Part shown: one piece after another, positions 18,771 to 27,764 of the stretch | Numbering within the stretch: position 1 is the stretch's first letter | How the letters are laid out: the number at the start of each line of letters is the position of its first letter | IMG/VR virus record: IMGVR_UViG_3300029893_000002 | DNA length: 47,377 nucleotides | Direction: 5' to 3' (one strand) | Source: a virus | The notes under the pieces: generated by a model | Database searches by the model: none | Seen by the model: only the letters and a program-made list of their open reading frames with translations | Told to the model about the DNA's origin: nothing | Translations under genes and position numbers: made by a program

Positions 18771-19116
18771 GACGCGCCTCCTTGTACTTGCGGAACCACG
18801 ACCCGAGCGTCCCCTCGAGCCGGCGGATCCCCGCCTCGCCCGCGGCGTAGGGCCGCGGGTGGCCGTCGCCGATCCACTCGACGCGGGCTGCCCGCTGCAT
18901 GACGAGCCGCGTCTCGCCCCGCTCCGCCCCGCGGCCCCGACCCCAGGGCATCTCGTGGATGTAGACGACGGGCACTTGGAGCCGGGGGCCCACGTGACGG
19001 GTCCGGATGATCACGTGCGGCGCCTGGTGGACGGCGACGAAGCGGTTTTCGAGCGCGGCGTCCTCGATGGCGCGCTGGCACGCGCGGCGGACCTGTTCCA
19101 TGTCGATCCGCCTCAC
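18763..19116 (-). CDS. Hypothetical protein
   Basis: Coupled ORF. Confidence 0.5.
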   Translation of the reverse strand: MRRIDMEQVRRACQRAIEDAALENRFVAVHQAPHVIIRTRHVGPRLQVPVVYIHEMPWGRGRGAERGETRLVMQRAARVEWIGDGHPRPYAAGEAGIRRLEGTLGSWFRKYKEARRG

Positions 19117-19544
19117 GAGCGCCTCCCGGGAAAGCCGTCGCCGAGGAAGGACCGTGCGCGGCTGACGGTCCGCAGGACGGTGCGGCGCAGCTTGGGGGGC
19201 ACGTCGGAGACCGGGGCGTCACCCGCGCGTCCCGTCGCCCAGACACGGAGCGATCGCCGCTGGGTCTCGGCGCCGGTGAGCTCCCACCGGTAGGCGACGC
19301 CGCGGTAGCGCGCGGTCCCCTGGGCGCCGTCTCGGCCGACCCGCGAGAGACCGACCGTCACGAGGTCCCGCTGTCGAGCCAGCTGGCGGCGCGCCTTTCG
19401 CAACTCGCGGATGGCGAAGTGGATGAGGCTCCGCTCGTACGGTTCCGATCGGTGCGGCCACAGATCGCGAACCTCGGCCTTGTAGCGAGACTCGCGTAGC
19501 TCGGGAGGCCCGCGCCGCCAACCACGATAGCCCGTCCGCGTCAT
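19113..19544 (-). CDS. Hypothetical protein
   Basis: ATGA coupling. Confidence 0.55.
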   Translation of the reverse strand: MTRTGYRGWRRGPPELRESRYKAEVRDLWPHRSEPYERSLIHFAIRELRKARRQLARQRDLVTVGLSRVGRDGAQGTARYRGVAYRWELTGAETQRRSLRVWATGRAGDAPVSDVPPKLRRTVLRTVSRARSFLGDGFPGRRS

Positions 19545-19798
19545 GCGTCCCTCCGGAGGTCGCGCACCGCCCGGTCGATCTCGTCCTCGAGCAAGCCGAG
19601 CGCTTCGGGCCGCGCGAGCACGATGAGGTAGAACACGCCCGCGAGCGGAAGGAAAAGGATCATCGCGAGGAGTCTCCCCGGATGGAAGTAGGCGAGGAAG
19701 TCGCGCCAGCCGTAGTGCCGGAGGTAGCTCCGCATGATCTTGGCCATGAGGGGCACACCGGACAACGTCACGATCCCAGTGAGCGCGAGGAAGATCAC
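19541..19798 (-). CDS. Small two-TM membrane protein
   Basis: Two hydrophobic helices; GTGA coupling. Confidence 0.55.
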   Translation of the reverse strand: MIFLALTGIVTLSGVPLMAKIMRSYLRHYGWRDFLAYFHPGRLLAMILFLPLAGVFYLIVLARPEALGLLEDEIDRAVRDLRRDA

Positions 19799-20073
19799 GA
19801 CCGCCTCCGTCCCGCAGAACGATACCGGCGCCGCGGGTCCTCCGAAAGGAACCCCCAACTGCGGACGCCGGCGATCGTCTGGATCACGCCCGCGCGCGCG
19901 GCGCGGGCGATGCGGTTATTGGGCATGACCACCACGTACATCCGCCGCCCGTACCGGAACATCTCGACGCCTGCGACGATGTCGCAGACCGCCAGCGCGC
20001 TCACGAGCGCCTCGGCGTCCCGCTTGCGGAGCGACGTGTAGAGCCGTCGCGGACGGTGGACCTTCATCTTCAC
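19795..20073 (-). CDS. Hypothetical protein
   Basis: GTGA coupling at both ends. Confidence 0.5.
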   Translation of the reverse strand: MKMKVHRPRRLYTSLRKRDAEALVSALAVCDIVAGVEMFRYGRRMYVVVMPNNRIARAARAGVIQTIAGVRSWGFLSEDPRRRYRSAGRRRS

Positions 20074-20441
20074 GGGCGGCCCCTCGTACCGGGGTGTCGA
20101 ACGCCGCACACCCCGCACGAACACGACTGGAGTACCGGCAGCGCGACGACGGGATCGTCGCAGCGCTCCATCCAGTCGGAGTCGCCCGAGGCGGCCGACC
20201 GGACGATGTCCTCGTCGACGCCCGCCTCGCGCAGGGCCCGCTGCTCGGTCTCGTCGAGGTCGTACATCCGGGCGGCCAGCGGACAGGCGAAGGGCATGCA
20301 GCGCCCCTCGCCTGTCTCGTGATCGCGATCCTCGACGCGCGGGTGCTGGCAGCCGTAGCCGTTGTTGGTCTCGGCGTGCGGATCGAACCAGCCGCATTCG
20401 TGGACGAGCTCGTCGAGGTGGAGGATGACGGGCGTGCTCAC
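20070..20441 (-). CDS. Cys-rich hypothetical protein
   Basis: ECGWF...NNGYGCQHP...GRCMPFACPLA. Confidence 0.6.
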   Translation of the reverse strand: MSTPVILHLDELVHECGWFDPHAETNNGYGCQHPRVEDRDHETGEGRCMPFACPLAARMYDLDETEQRALREAGVDEDIVRSAASGDSDWMERCDDPVVALPVLQSCSCGVCGVRHPGTRGRP

Positions 20442-20713
20442 GGCCAGATCTCCCGCGATGCCTTCGCGACGCTGATGTCGTCCTCGTCCCACACGAGGCT
20501 GATGTCGTCCTCGTCCCACACGAGGACCCACAGCCGGTCCCCGCGTGCGTATTGGCCTCCCAACCGCGCCTCCTCACACGCCAGATCGAGCGCCATGGAC
20601 GCGGCCTCGTCGGCGCTGTCAGCCACCGTGAGACGCTGGTCCCAGTCGGGCCAGGCGCACGGCCCGGACGCGGCAGGGTCCCCGTCGAAGATCGTCGTGG
20701 TGTACTGGGCCAT
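20438..20713 (-). CDS. Hypothetical protein containing a 27-bp tandem duplication
   Basis: LVWDEDDIS occurs twice (20471-20524). Confidence 0.6.
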   Translation of the reverse strand: MAQYTTTIFDGDPAASGPCAWPDWDQRLTVADSADEAASMALDLACEEARLGGQYARGDRLWVLVWDEDDISLVWDEDDISVAKASREIWP

Positions 20714-20719
20714 CTGGGA

Positions 20720-21580
20720 TCACTCCCCCGCCGGAAGGCGGCGGTGCTCGTTGAACAGGTCGAGGGTCTCGGCGTCGCCGCGCCCGGCCTGGGCGGCGTC
20801 GCGGTTCTTGCGCGGGGCGTCCTCGTCGAGGTAGCGCTCGTCCTCGAGCTCGTCGAAGTCTCCGGCCCGCTCGAGCCAGCGCTCCACGTCGTCGGTGAGC
20901 GGCCGGTGGAGGGCGGCGAGGGGCTCGAGGCGCTCGCCGATGGCCCGGGCGGCCTCGTTCACGTAGGCGCGGACCCATCGGGGCGCGCGCCCCTCGACGC
21001 GCCGCTTGCGCTCGGCCTGGCGACCAAGCCAGGTGTTGAGCCGTCCGAACAGTTGGCGCGCCCGCTCGGCATCGGCGCGACGGCCGATGAGGCACACCGC
21101 GGTCGTCCCGTCCTCGCACTCCTGCTCGTACGCCTTGCACCCGCACGCCTCGGCCGCGACGCTCGCGAGCCCCATCCGCCACCGTGGCACCCGGCGGCTC
21201 GCGGTCGTGTAGATGGGCGCCTCTTCCCAGTCGACGATCGGGTCCGGGTCGCGGACGATCGCGGTGCCGGGCACCCGGCGGCGCTTACCGCCGCCCTTGC
21301 GGCCCTTGCGCTCCTTGCGGTCCTGGGCGCCCTCGACGGCGGTGCCCCCGACGAGCCGGAGGTGGCCCTTGGCGGGCGGCGCCGCCCCCAGCTGGCCGCT
21401 CGGGAGCGCGTCCCGCACGATGGCTTCGATCGTGGCGTTGTCGAACCCGGCCCGGGCGAGCCGTCGTCGTGCGGCGGTGAGCGCGGCCTCGCGCTCGCCC
21501 GCGTTGTCGGTGCCGCTCGCAAGCGACACCAGGGCGTCGATCAGCCGCCGCCCCTCCTCGTGTCTCGTGGTCGTCGTCAT
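20720..21580 (-). CDS. DUF2786-like protein
   Basis: IDALVSLASGTDNAGEREAALTAARRRL N-terminal helical hairpin; W...LASVAAEACGC...LIGRRAD. Confidence 0.7.
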   Translation of the reverse strand: MTTTTRHEEGRRLIDALVSLASGTDNAGEREAALTAARRRLARAGFDNATIEAIVRDALPSGQLGAAPPAKGHLRLVGGTAVEGAQDRKERKGRKGGGKRRRVPGTAIVRDPDPIVDWEEAPIYTTASRRVPRWRMGLASVAAEACGCKAYEQECEDGTTAVCLIGRRADAERARQLFGRLNTWLGRQAERKRRVEGRAPRWVRAYVNEAARAIGERLEPLAALHRPLTDDVERWLERAGDFDELEDERYLDEDAPRKNRDAAQAGRGDAETLDLFNEHRRLPAGE

Positions 21581-21656
21581 TGCCTGTCCCTTCCCGCGGC
21601 CTCGGTGGCCGCCCTCGACGGCCGAACCCCGGGGGCTCGGCCGCCGCGGGCGGCCG

Positions 21657-22973
21657 CTAGGCCGCCCTCCGGACCGCCTTGTCGGCGGCGGCGAGCCGCT
21701 GGGCGGGCTCGAGGAGATCCCGCTCGGCCCGCTCCCACGCCTCGGCGTCGGCATTGATGGGCATGATCAGCGCATCGGCGGTGACGTCCGCGGCGGCGCC
21801 CCGGATCCGGAGCGGATCGGTGGGGTCGGCGCCGAAGCACAGGACGAGCGCGGCGGTCTTGCTGATCGCCAGCGTTTGCTCGACGAGCGGGAGGGCGAGC
21901 CGCGGATCGATCGCGACGCGCGACCGGGTGTAGGCCACCGCGTCGACGAGCTCGCCGTGGTCGAGCGTCTCGTCGCCGACCGGCGCCTGCGACCCGATCA
22001 GGATCCCGTCGGGGAGCGTCCGGCAGAACGCGGTCGCCCCCTTGGCCTCGCCATGCTTGGCCGTGAGGAGCGTCCGCTTGAGAGCCGCCACCAGCTCGGC
22101 GGTGTGCTCGACGTAGGCCGCATTGCCCTCGGGCGCGCGGCCGTAGAGCTTGCTCGCGGTCTCCCACAGGGCGGCGGGCGTGGCCTCGGTCGCGCTCCGG
22201 GGGATCGTCTGGCCGATTTCGCCGAGACCCGTCTGGGCGGCGACGGTGAGGCCCCCCCCGGGGCTCGCGGTCACCGTCGCGTAGTCGGCCGCCCGCCGAA
22301 GCGAGCGGGCCAGGGTGGCGAGGTAGCGCGGCGCGATCGCGGCGTAGCCCTCGGCCGCCTCGTCGCCGAAGCGGCCAGGGACCGTCAGCCGGACAGCGCG
22401 GTGGCCGTCGGTCGCCTGGACGGTGATCGCGCCGTCGGCGATCCGCACGAGCGGGGTCTTGATCTCCTGTTCGCCGATCTCCTTCGGCGCGAAGCTGGAC
22501 GCGACGCCGAGGACGCGCGCCAGCTGGGCCGACGGGACGCGGACCGTGGCGCCCCCGGTCCCGAGTCGGCCGCCGAGGTGCTCGTCGGGAAGATCGAGGA
22601 GCCGCTGGCGGAGGGTCGCCCCGCCGACCGTGAGCGCAATCACGCGCCAGGTGACGGTCTTCCACCCAACCTCGGCCGCGCGCTCGGGCTCCAGCGTGAG
22701 CGTGGCACGCTGGCGCCGGATCGCGCGGGTCAGTCGGTGGAACGCGGCGACGTCGATCAGAACGGGCTCGGCGTCCTCGGTGCCCTCGGCATCGATCGCG
22801 ATCGTGGTGCCCCCCCCGTCCGGGTAGAGCAGGGTCGCGCGCAGTCGCTCCCGCTGGAGCTCGATCCACGCGGTCTGCTGGAGCGGGCTGTGTGGGTTCG
22901 CGCGGGCGGCGTCGCGCACGCGGTCGGCCAGCCACTTGAGCGCTGGCCCGTCGGTGGTGAGTGTCGTCGTCAT
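21657..22973 (-). CDS. Divergent DNA polymerase III beta sliding-clamp-like protein
   Basis: VQATDGHRA motif, C-terminal PLRI...ALIMPI, clamp-like length. Confidence 0.6.
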   Translation of the reverse strand: MTTTLTTDGPALKWLADRVRDAARANPHSPLQQTAWIELQRERLRATLLYPDGGGTTIAIDAEGTEDAEPVLIDVAAFHRLTRAIRRQRATLTLEPERAAEVGWKTVTWRVIALTVGGATLRQRLLDLPDEHLGGRLGTGGATVRVPSAQLARVLGVASSFAPKEIGEQEIKTPLVRIADGAITVQATDGHRAVRLTVPGRFGDEAAEGYAAIAPRYLATLARSLRRAADYATVTASPGGGLTVAAQTGLGEIGQTIPRSATEATPAALWETASKLYGRAPEGNAAYVEHTAELVAALKRTLLTAKHGEAKGATAFCRTLPDGILIGSQAPVGDETLDHGELVDAVAYTRSRVAIDPRLALPLVEQTLAISKTAALVLCFGADPTDPLRIRGAAADVTADALIMPINADAEAWERAERDLLEPAQRLAAADKAVRRAA

Positions 22974-23128
22974 GCGACCATCGCGTCGAGGGCGTGCTGG
23001 CGCGCCTCGGGCGAGAGCTGGGCGTCCCGGACCTCGATGGTGGTTTCGGTGCGGCGCTCGGCACGCTCGATGTAGATCGAGCGCGAGAGCGCCTCGTTGT
23101 AGCGGTATCGGATCTGGAATGTGGTCAT
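22970..23128 (-). CDS. Small hypothetical protein
   Basis: AAGGAG RBS; ATGA coupling to the clamp-like gene. Confidence 0.55.
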   Translation of the reverse strand: MTTFQIRYRYNEALSRSIYIERAERRTETTIEVRDAQLSPEARQHALDAMVA

Positions 23129-23234
23129 CGGTGTCTCTCCTTGGGTCGCCGCCTCGGCGCAGCACCGAAGCGGGGGGCGCCATGCGTCCCATGAGGCAGC
23201 CGACCGTGGGGGTCGGCCGCCCGAGCGATGCACG

Positions 23235-23735
23235 TCACCAGCAGTTGCACGTGTCGATCCACGTAAGCAGCTCCTCGCAGGTGGTCTGATACCGGAACCC
23301 ATGCACGCACGCGGTCGTCACCGCACGCGGGATGTCGGTACCGGGTGGAATCTCGCCCGGCACCCACGGGCAGTCGGGCACGTCGCCGCACAGGTCGGCG
23401 CCGTAGCTCTCGGCCCATGACCGAAAGGCGTCGCAGGCGGTGCTCGGCGGGTCGGTCTCGGTCGCGAGGTTTTCGGGCGTGCAGACAGGCGGCGCCGTGC
23501 CAGCGTCGGTGCCCGCGTCGGGAGCACCGCTATCGGTCCCGCCGGTGCCACCGTCGCCAGCTGGCGCCCCGGCGTCGAGGCCGCTGCCCGCGTCGGTGCC
23601 CGCGTCGGTGGCCGCTGCGTCGGTTGCGGTGTCGGCGTCGGCGATCGCCGCGTCGGTGTCGAACGTGGTGGGCCCCCGCCGGCCAGCGCAGCCGGCGAGG
23701 GCAAGCATGATGAGGATCAAGGTCGTCAGTCTCAC
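23235..23735 (-). CDS. Lipoprotein with DAG-repeat linker and Cys-rich C-terminal domain
   Basis: Lipobox LAGC; repeated DAG/DSG linker; multiple Cys. Confidence 0.72.
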   Translation of the reverse strand: MRLTTLILIMLALAGCAGRRGPTTFDTDAAIADADTATDAAATDAGTDAGSGLDAGAPAGDGGTGGTDSGAPDAGTDAGTAPPVCTPENLATETDPPSTACDAFRSWAESYGADLCGDVPDCPWVPGEIPPGTDIPRAVTTACVHGFRYQTTCEELLTWIDTCNCW

Positions 23736-23766
23736 GAGGGGTCCCCCTTGGGATGTGGTCTCCCAC

Positions 23767-23795
23767 ACTCTAACCCTGAGAAGCGACCGCCGCAA
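23767..23795 (-). promoter_or_regulatory. Putative sigma70-type promoter
   Basis: TTGCGG-17 nt-TAGAGT followed by GTGGGAG, the same pattern as at 12739. Confidence 0.45.
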
Positions 23796-24528
23796 CCTCC
23801 GGGCAACCGAGGCACCGGCCGGTGGCCGGGTCGACGTGGCAGTCGGCGGGAGCGGTGTGTGGGTGGCGCTGAGCGACGGCCTCGGCCGCGTGGTCGAGGT
23901 AGCTCCCGATCCAGGTGACACCCCGGTCGTGCGCGGTCCGGTCGGCCGCGTCGCACGCGGGGCACCAGGTATCATCGGTCGGCGCCTCGCCTCCATCGGT
24001 CTTGCCGGTGTTGCAGTGGATCCAGGCGGTCTCCTCGGCGTTGACCGAGCCGCACGCGCCGCAGACCCGGACGTCGTAGCCGTTCGGGTGCTCGGCCGAC
24101 TCGCACCCGTTCGATGCGGGCGCGAGGTAGGCCGCCATGTCCGCCATCGGGACGACGATCCGGCACTCGCCGACGGGCTCGTCGGTCCCGAGCGGCAGGA
24201 ACCGCTCCTCGACCGGGTGCCACCAGGCGGCAAGCGGCGAGACCCAAAGGGCAGCCTCGTCGTCGGTCCAGTGCTGCGCGGTGTCGTCGTTACGCTCGCA
24301 CGCGATCCAGCCGAGGTCGTGCGGCGCGTCGCCGTCGAAGTTGGGGATCGCGTAGGGCTCCAGTCCGTCGTCGCCGCAGCGCCAGCAGCGTTCGGGCTCG
24401 TCCGGCAGCTCCACGTGCTCGAGGGGGCGTCGGCACTTGCAGCACCTCTTTCCCGTCCAGGCGCGCCAGCGCTCTTCGTCGCGCCGGATGCGGTCGGCGA
24501 GCAATCGCTCGCGGTCGATGGTCGTCAC
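23770..24528 (-). CDS. Cys-rich hypothetical protein
   Basis: Several CxxC pairs. Confidence 0.6.
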   Translation of the reverse strand: MTTIDRERLLADRIRRDEERWRAWTGKRCCKCRRPLEHVELPDEPERCWRCGDDGLEPYAIPNFDGDAPHDLGWIACERNDDTAQHWTDDEAALWVSPLAAWWHPVEERFLPLGTDEPVGECRIVVPMADMAAYLAPASNGCESAEHPNGYDVRVCGACGSVNAEETAWIHCNTGKTDGGEAPTDDTWCPACDAADRTAHDRGVTWIGSYLDHAAEAVAQRHPHTAPADCHVDPATGRCLGCPEVAAVASQG

Positions 24529-24722
24529 GCCTTCCCTCCGTACTTGAGATCATGTGCGCGTCGGCTTCCGTCCATGACGCCCGTCGCCAACTCGTCAATC
24601 ACCTCCCGATGGGCACGTACGAAGGCGCGCATGCCGCCCTTGTTCCGCCGCTTCCAGTCGGCATAGAGGTCGTGCAGACCCTCGTCATTGTCGACCCACC
24701 GCTCGCGTTCGCTGTCGTTCAT
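24525..24722 (-). CDS. Small hypothetical phage protein
   Basis: MNDSERERWVDNDEGL...MRAFVRAHREVID; strong RBS. Confidence 0.65.
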   Translation of the reverse strand: MNDSERERWVDNDEGLHDLYADWKRRNKGGMRAFVRAHREVIDELATGVMDGSRRAHDLKYGGKA

Positions 24723-24802
24723 GGTCCTTGCTTCCTTCCCAGGGCTCGTATGCCCTCCTCGACGCCCCGGGGGGTCCCGGGGCGCCGCGGGCGGCCGACG
24801 AA

Positions 24803-25303
24803 CTAGCCCTCCCGTTCCTCCAGGAAGTCGAGCAGGGCCTCTCTGAGCGACTTGTCGCTCGCCGCCCGGGATACGACCCATGACGCGAGGTCCGCCGCGA
24901 GTCCGGGATCGTCGGCGCGGCCGTTTCGATCCCACTGCCGAACCGCGGCCTGCAGGCGCTCGAAGCGTCCCGTGCGCTGGAGACGCCGATCGTCGGCATC
25001 GTAGTCGAGTGCAGTTGCCTTGTGGGGCGCGTGGATCCCGCGCTCGATGAGTCGCTCGTCGAGGCGCCGCACGATCGTGCGCAGCTCGTTGGCCGCCCAG
25101 CGTAGTTCACGCGGATCGGGCGCGTCGAGTCGGCCGTTCGGCCCGGGCCGATGCAGTGGGTGGCCCGGCACGCGCCGGAGAAAACCGCGGACGTTCGGCC
25201 ATGCCGCATCAATGTCGGGCGGGACGATCCGGTCCTTTGAGGCGAGATTGACGCGCACCAGGGCGGCCTCGAACAGGACGGTCAGGTCGTCGGCCGTCGT
25301 CAC
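24803..25303 (-). CDS. Hypothetical protein
   Basis: GGAGG RBS and GTGA coupling. Confidence 0.55.
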   Translation of the reverse strand: MTTADDLTVLFEAALVRVNLASKDRIVPPDIDAAWPNVRGFLRRVPGHPLHRPGPNGRLDAPDPRELRWAANELRTIVRRLDERLIERGIHAPHKATALDYDADDRRLQRTGRFERLQAAVRQWDRNGRADDPGLAADLASWVVSRAASDKSLREALLDFLEEREG

Positions 25304-25833
25304 GACAACCTCCGCACGGTCCACTCGGCCCACGCGCCGCCGCCGCCCGTGTAGCTCTCGCCGGGAGCCAGCCGCTCGACCGCCAGTCGCTCCCCGTCGT
25401 CCTCCGGCATCTCGTTGTCGGCAAGGAAGTCGGCGAGCGAACACTCCACCTCGCCGTCGATCAGGAGGCGGACGGACGGCCTCACCCGTGTCTGGATCGC
25501 ATCGGCCTCCCGGGTAGGCCAGTCGTTCGCGAGCCACTCGGCCGCCGCGTCCTCGGCCTCGGCCTCGGACGCGAAGCCGGTCAGCCCGTGGACGGTGCGC
25601 CACGTGCCCGCGGGAAAGCCGTTGCCGTCCTCGACGAGCCGTCGTGCCTGCACCTCGTACATCGCGGCGAGGTCGGCGACGTCGCGTGCGGTGAGGATCC
25701 CGTTGCTACGGAGCCACTCCCAGTCACGCTGGCCCCAGGCGCGCTCGACCTCGGTCGCCTCCTCGGCCAGTCGAGCGGCGCTGTCGCGCAGGTGGTCCAC
25801 GTGACGCTGGATCTTCTCCCCAATGTGTTTCAT
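25300..25833 (-). CDS. Hypothetical protein
   Basis: RBS and ATGA coupling. Confidence 0.65.
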   Translation of the reverse strand: MKHIGEKIQRHVDHLRDSAARLAEEATEVERAWGQRDWEWLRSNGILTARDVADLAAMYEVQARRLVEDGNGFPAGTWRTVHGLTGFASEAEAEDAAAEWLANDWPTREADAIQTRVRPSVRLLIDGEVECSLADFLADNEMPEDDGERLAVERLAPGESYTGGGGAWAEWTVRRLS

Positions 25834-26432
25834 GCCAGTTCCTTCCTTCCCATGGCGGGCGGCGGGACCGCCCGCAGAAACGATCGGACGCCGCGCGCAT
25901 AGCAGGCGTCACAGCAGTAGCCCCCAGGCTCCTCCCCGGGGTTCTCGTCGAGCCACCGCTCGCGTCCCTGCACGTGGCTGAGAACCTTCGGCCGTACCTC
26001 GTGATCCGACCGGCACCGGTGGCACCACACCGTCCCGCGGCGCCGCCGGGTGAGGCCGGTCGTGTCGACGCTGTGCGTCGTCCTCGGGACGTACCCCATC
26101 GCGCGCATGACGTCCTGCCACTCGGGACCGTGAGGCATGATCCGACGGCGCCCATAGTCGCCGCGCACCTTCCGCCAGTAGACGATCAGGTGGGCAAGCT
26201 CATGGGCCACCACGTTGTCACGCCACTCGGCGGATGCGCGCGGCCAAAGCGGGAGGGAGAACCGGACGCGCGCCTCGTGGTGGTAGATGCGTAGGCGCGC
26301 CTCCCCGAGCTTGGCGGTGAACCGCGGCGCCCACTCGATGCGGAGCCATGGCTCCAGCTTCGGCTGGTGCTCGCGGACGAGCTGTAGCGCCAGGGCGGCG
26401 ACGCGCTGACGCTCGGCCGGTGAGACCTTCAT
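25830..26432 (-). CDS. SprT-like zinc metalloprotease
   Basis: HELAH zincin motif, PHGPEWQ, downstream CHRC. Confidence 0.85.
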   Translation of the reverse strand: MKVSPAERQRVAALALQLVREHQPKLEPWLRIEWAPRFTAKLGEARLRIYHHEARVRFSLPLWPRASAEWRDNVVAHELAHLIVYWRKVRGDYGRRRIMPHGPEWQDVMRAMGYVPRTTHSVDTTGLTRRRRGTVWCHRCRSDHEVRPKVLSHVQGRERWLDENPGEEPGGYCCDACYARGVRSFLRAVPPPAMGRKELA

Positions 26433-26599
26433 GCCTCCCCCGTCGAGTCGAGCACGCGCAGGAAGCGCGCGACGCGTCGCTCCAGCCGTGCGAGGAGCCA
26501 GTCACGCGCGGGACCCCGGAGGAGCCCCGGGCAGTCGTGCGCCTCCATGTGGACGAGTGCGTCGCACGCCGGGCATCGCTGGCGGCGGTTGGTCGCCAC
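26429..26599 (-). CDS. Small Zn-binding protein
   Basis: CPAC...HDC; start uncertain. Confidence 0.4.
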   Translation of the reverse strand: MATNRRQRCPACDALVHMEAHDCPGLLRGPARDWLLARLERRVARFLRVLDSTGEA

Positions 26600-26601
26600 G
26601 G

Positions 26602-27537
26602 CTACATCCCCCATGCGCCGTCGAGGGCGCTCGTGTCGGGCTCGGCGCCAGCGCGTAGCTCGTCGCGTACCTGGCGTAGGCTGAGGCCGTGCTTGAACGT
26701 GTGGCCGATCGCGTCCTCGATCCGCACGTACTCGTCGAGCAGCGCGGGGTTGTGCTTGGCCGCGATCAGGAGGGCCGCCTTCGGCGCGAAAATGCAGAAT
26801 ACGCACGACAACCTGGGCATCCCGAGGTCGTAGGCGTGGTGGTAGCGGACCCCGCTCGACCGGATGCGCTCCCACACCTCGCGCTCGGTCCAGTGGTGGA
26901 TGGGAAGCCACGTGTCCACGTGGCGCTTCGCGGTGCAGCCCTCCCGGCTGTCGGTGCCCGGGGCGGCGCCGCGCACGAAGGGCGCCATGGCCGCGCGGTG
27001 CGGGCTCTCCTCGGCGCGCATCCCCATGCAGTTGAGCACCCGGAACGGTCGCCGCACGCCGTGCTCGCGGTGCAGGGCCGTGATGAGCTTGCGGATGGGG
27101 CCGCGCTTGTGATCGGACGTGCAGTAGCGGGCGTTGCCGGGCCCGGGCCACTTGCGGCGCCGCTCCACGTGGTCGAGCAGGTCGCCGAACCGCTCGCCCT
27201 TGCGATAGGGCGCGTCGGCGGACCGTCCGCCCGGGCTGATCCCGCCGATGCGGCTGACCGCCTCGAAGCGGACGCGGTAGGCGCTGGCCTGCTCTTCGGC
27301 GAGGGCCCGGGTCCCCTCCCACTCGACGCGCCCGAGGTCGGCGTGGACGACGACGATCCGGTCGCGCACGCCCGCGGCGTCGGCGAGCTGCACCAGGTAG
27401 TCGAGCATCGCCTGGCTGTCCTTGCCCGCGCTGCTACTGACCACGATGCGGTCGTAGCTTGCGAGGTCGGGCCCCTCCGGTGACCGCCGGATGAGACGGT
27501 CGACCGGAAAGAGCCCCAGCTGGTCGTCGGTGCTCAC
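26602..27537 (-). CDS. PAPS reductase-family (PP-loop, Fe-S) protein
   Basis: SSSAGKDS PP-loop, RYCTSDHK, GMRAEES, LPIHHW, RLSCVFC. Confidence 0.88.
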   Translation of the reverse strand: MSTDDQLGLFPVDRLIRRSPEGPDLASYDRIVVSSSAGKDSQAMLDYLVQLADAAGVRDRIVVVHADLGRVEWEGTRALAEEQASAYRVRFEAVSRIGGISPGGRSADAPYRKGERFGDLLDHVERRRKWPGPGNARYCTSDHKRGPIRKLITALHREHGVRRPFRVLNCMGMRAEESPHRAAMAPFVRGAAPGTDSREGCTAKRHVDTWLPIHHWTEREVWERIRSSGVRYHHAYDLGMPRLSCVFCIFAPKAALLIAAKHNPALLDEYVRIEDAIGHTFKHGLSLRQVRDELRAGAEPDTSALDGAWGM

Positions 27538-27764
27538 CCCCGGTCCCTCACGCGGGTGGGCTCGCCGTTGATCTCGAACCCGAGGACGGGCCCGTCGCCG
27601 CAGTGAAAGAGATCGGCCGCGTGCTCGGCGTCGTACGCCCAGTAGCGGTCGGCCCCAGTGTGATGGTGGTCGGCGCTGCACCGGTACGGGACGCGGTACA
27701 GGTAGAGAGTGCCGTGCTCACCGGCCTTGGTGCGGTAGCGCGGCCGCGATCGAGTCGTCGTCAT
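27534..27764 (-). CDS. Hypothetical protein
   Basis: GGAAGGAAGG RBS; coupled to the PAPS-reductase gene. Confidence 0.55.
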   Translation of the reverse strand: MTTTRSRPRYRTKAGEHGTLYLYRVPYRCSADHHHTGADRYWAYDAEHAADLFHCGDGPVLGFEINGEPTRVRDRG

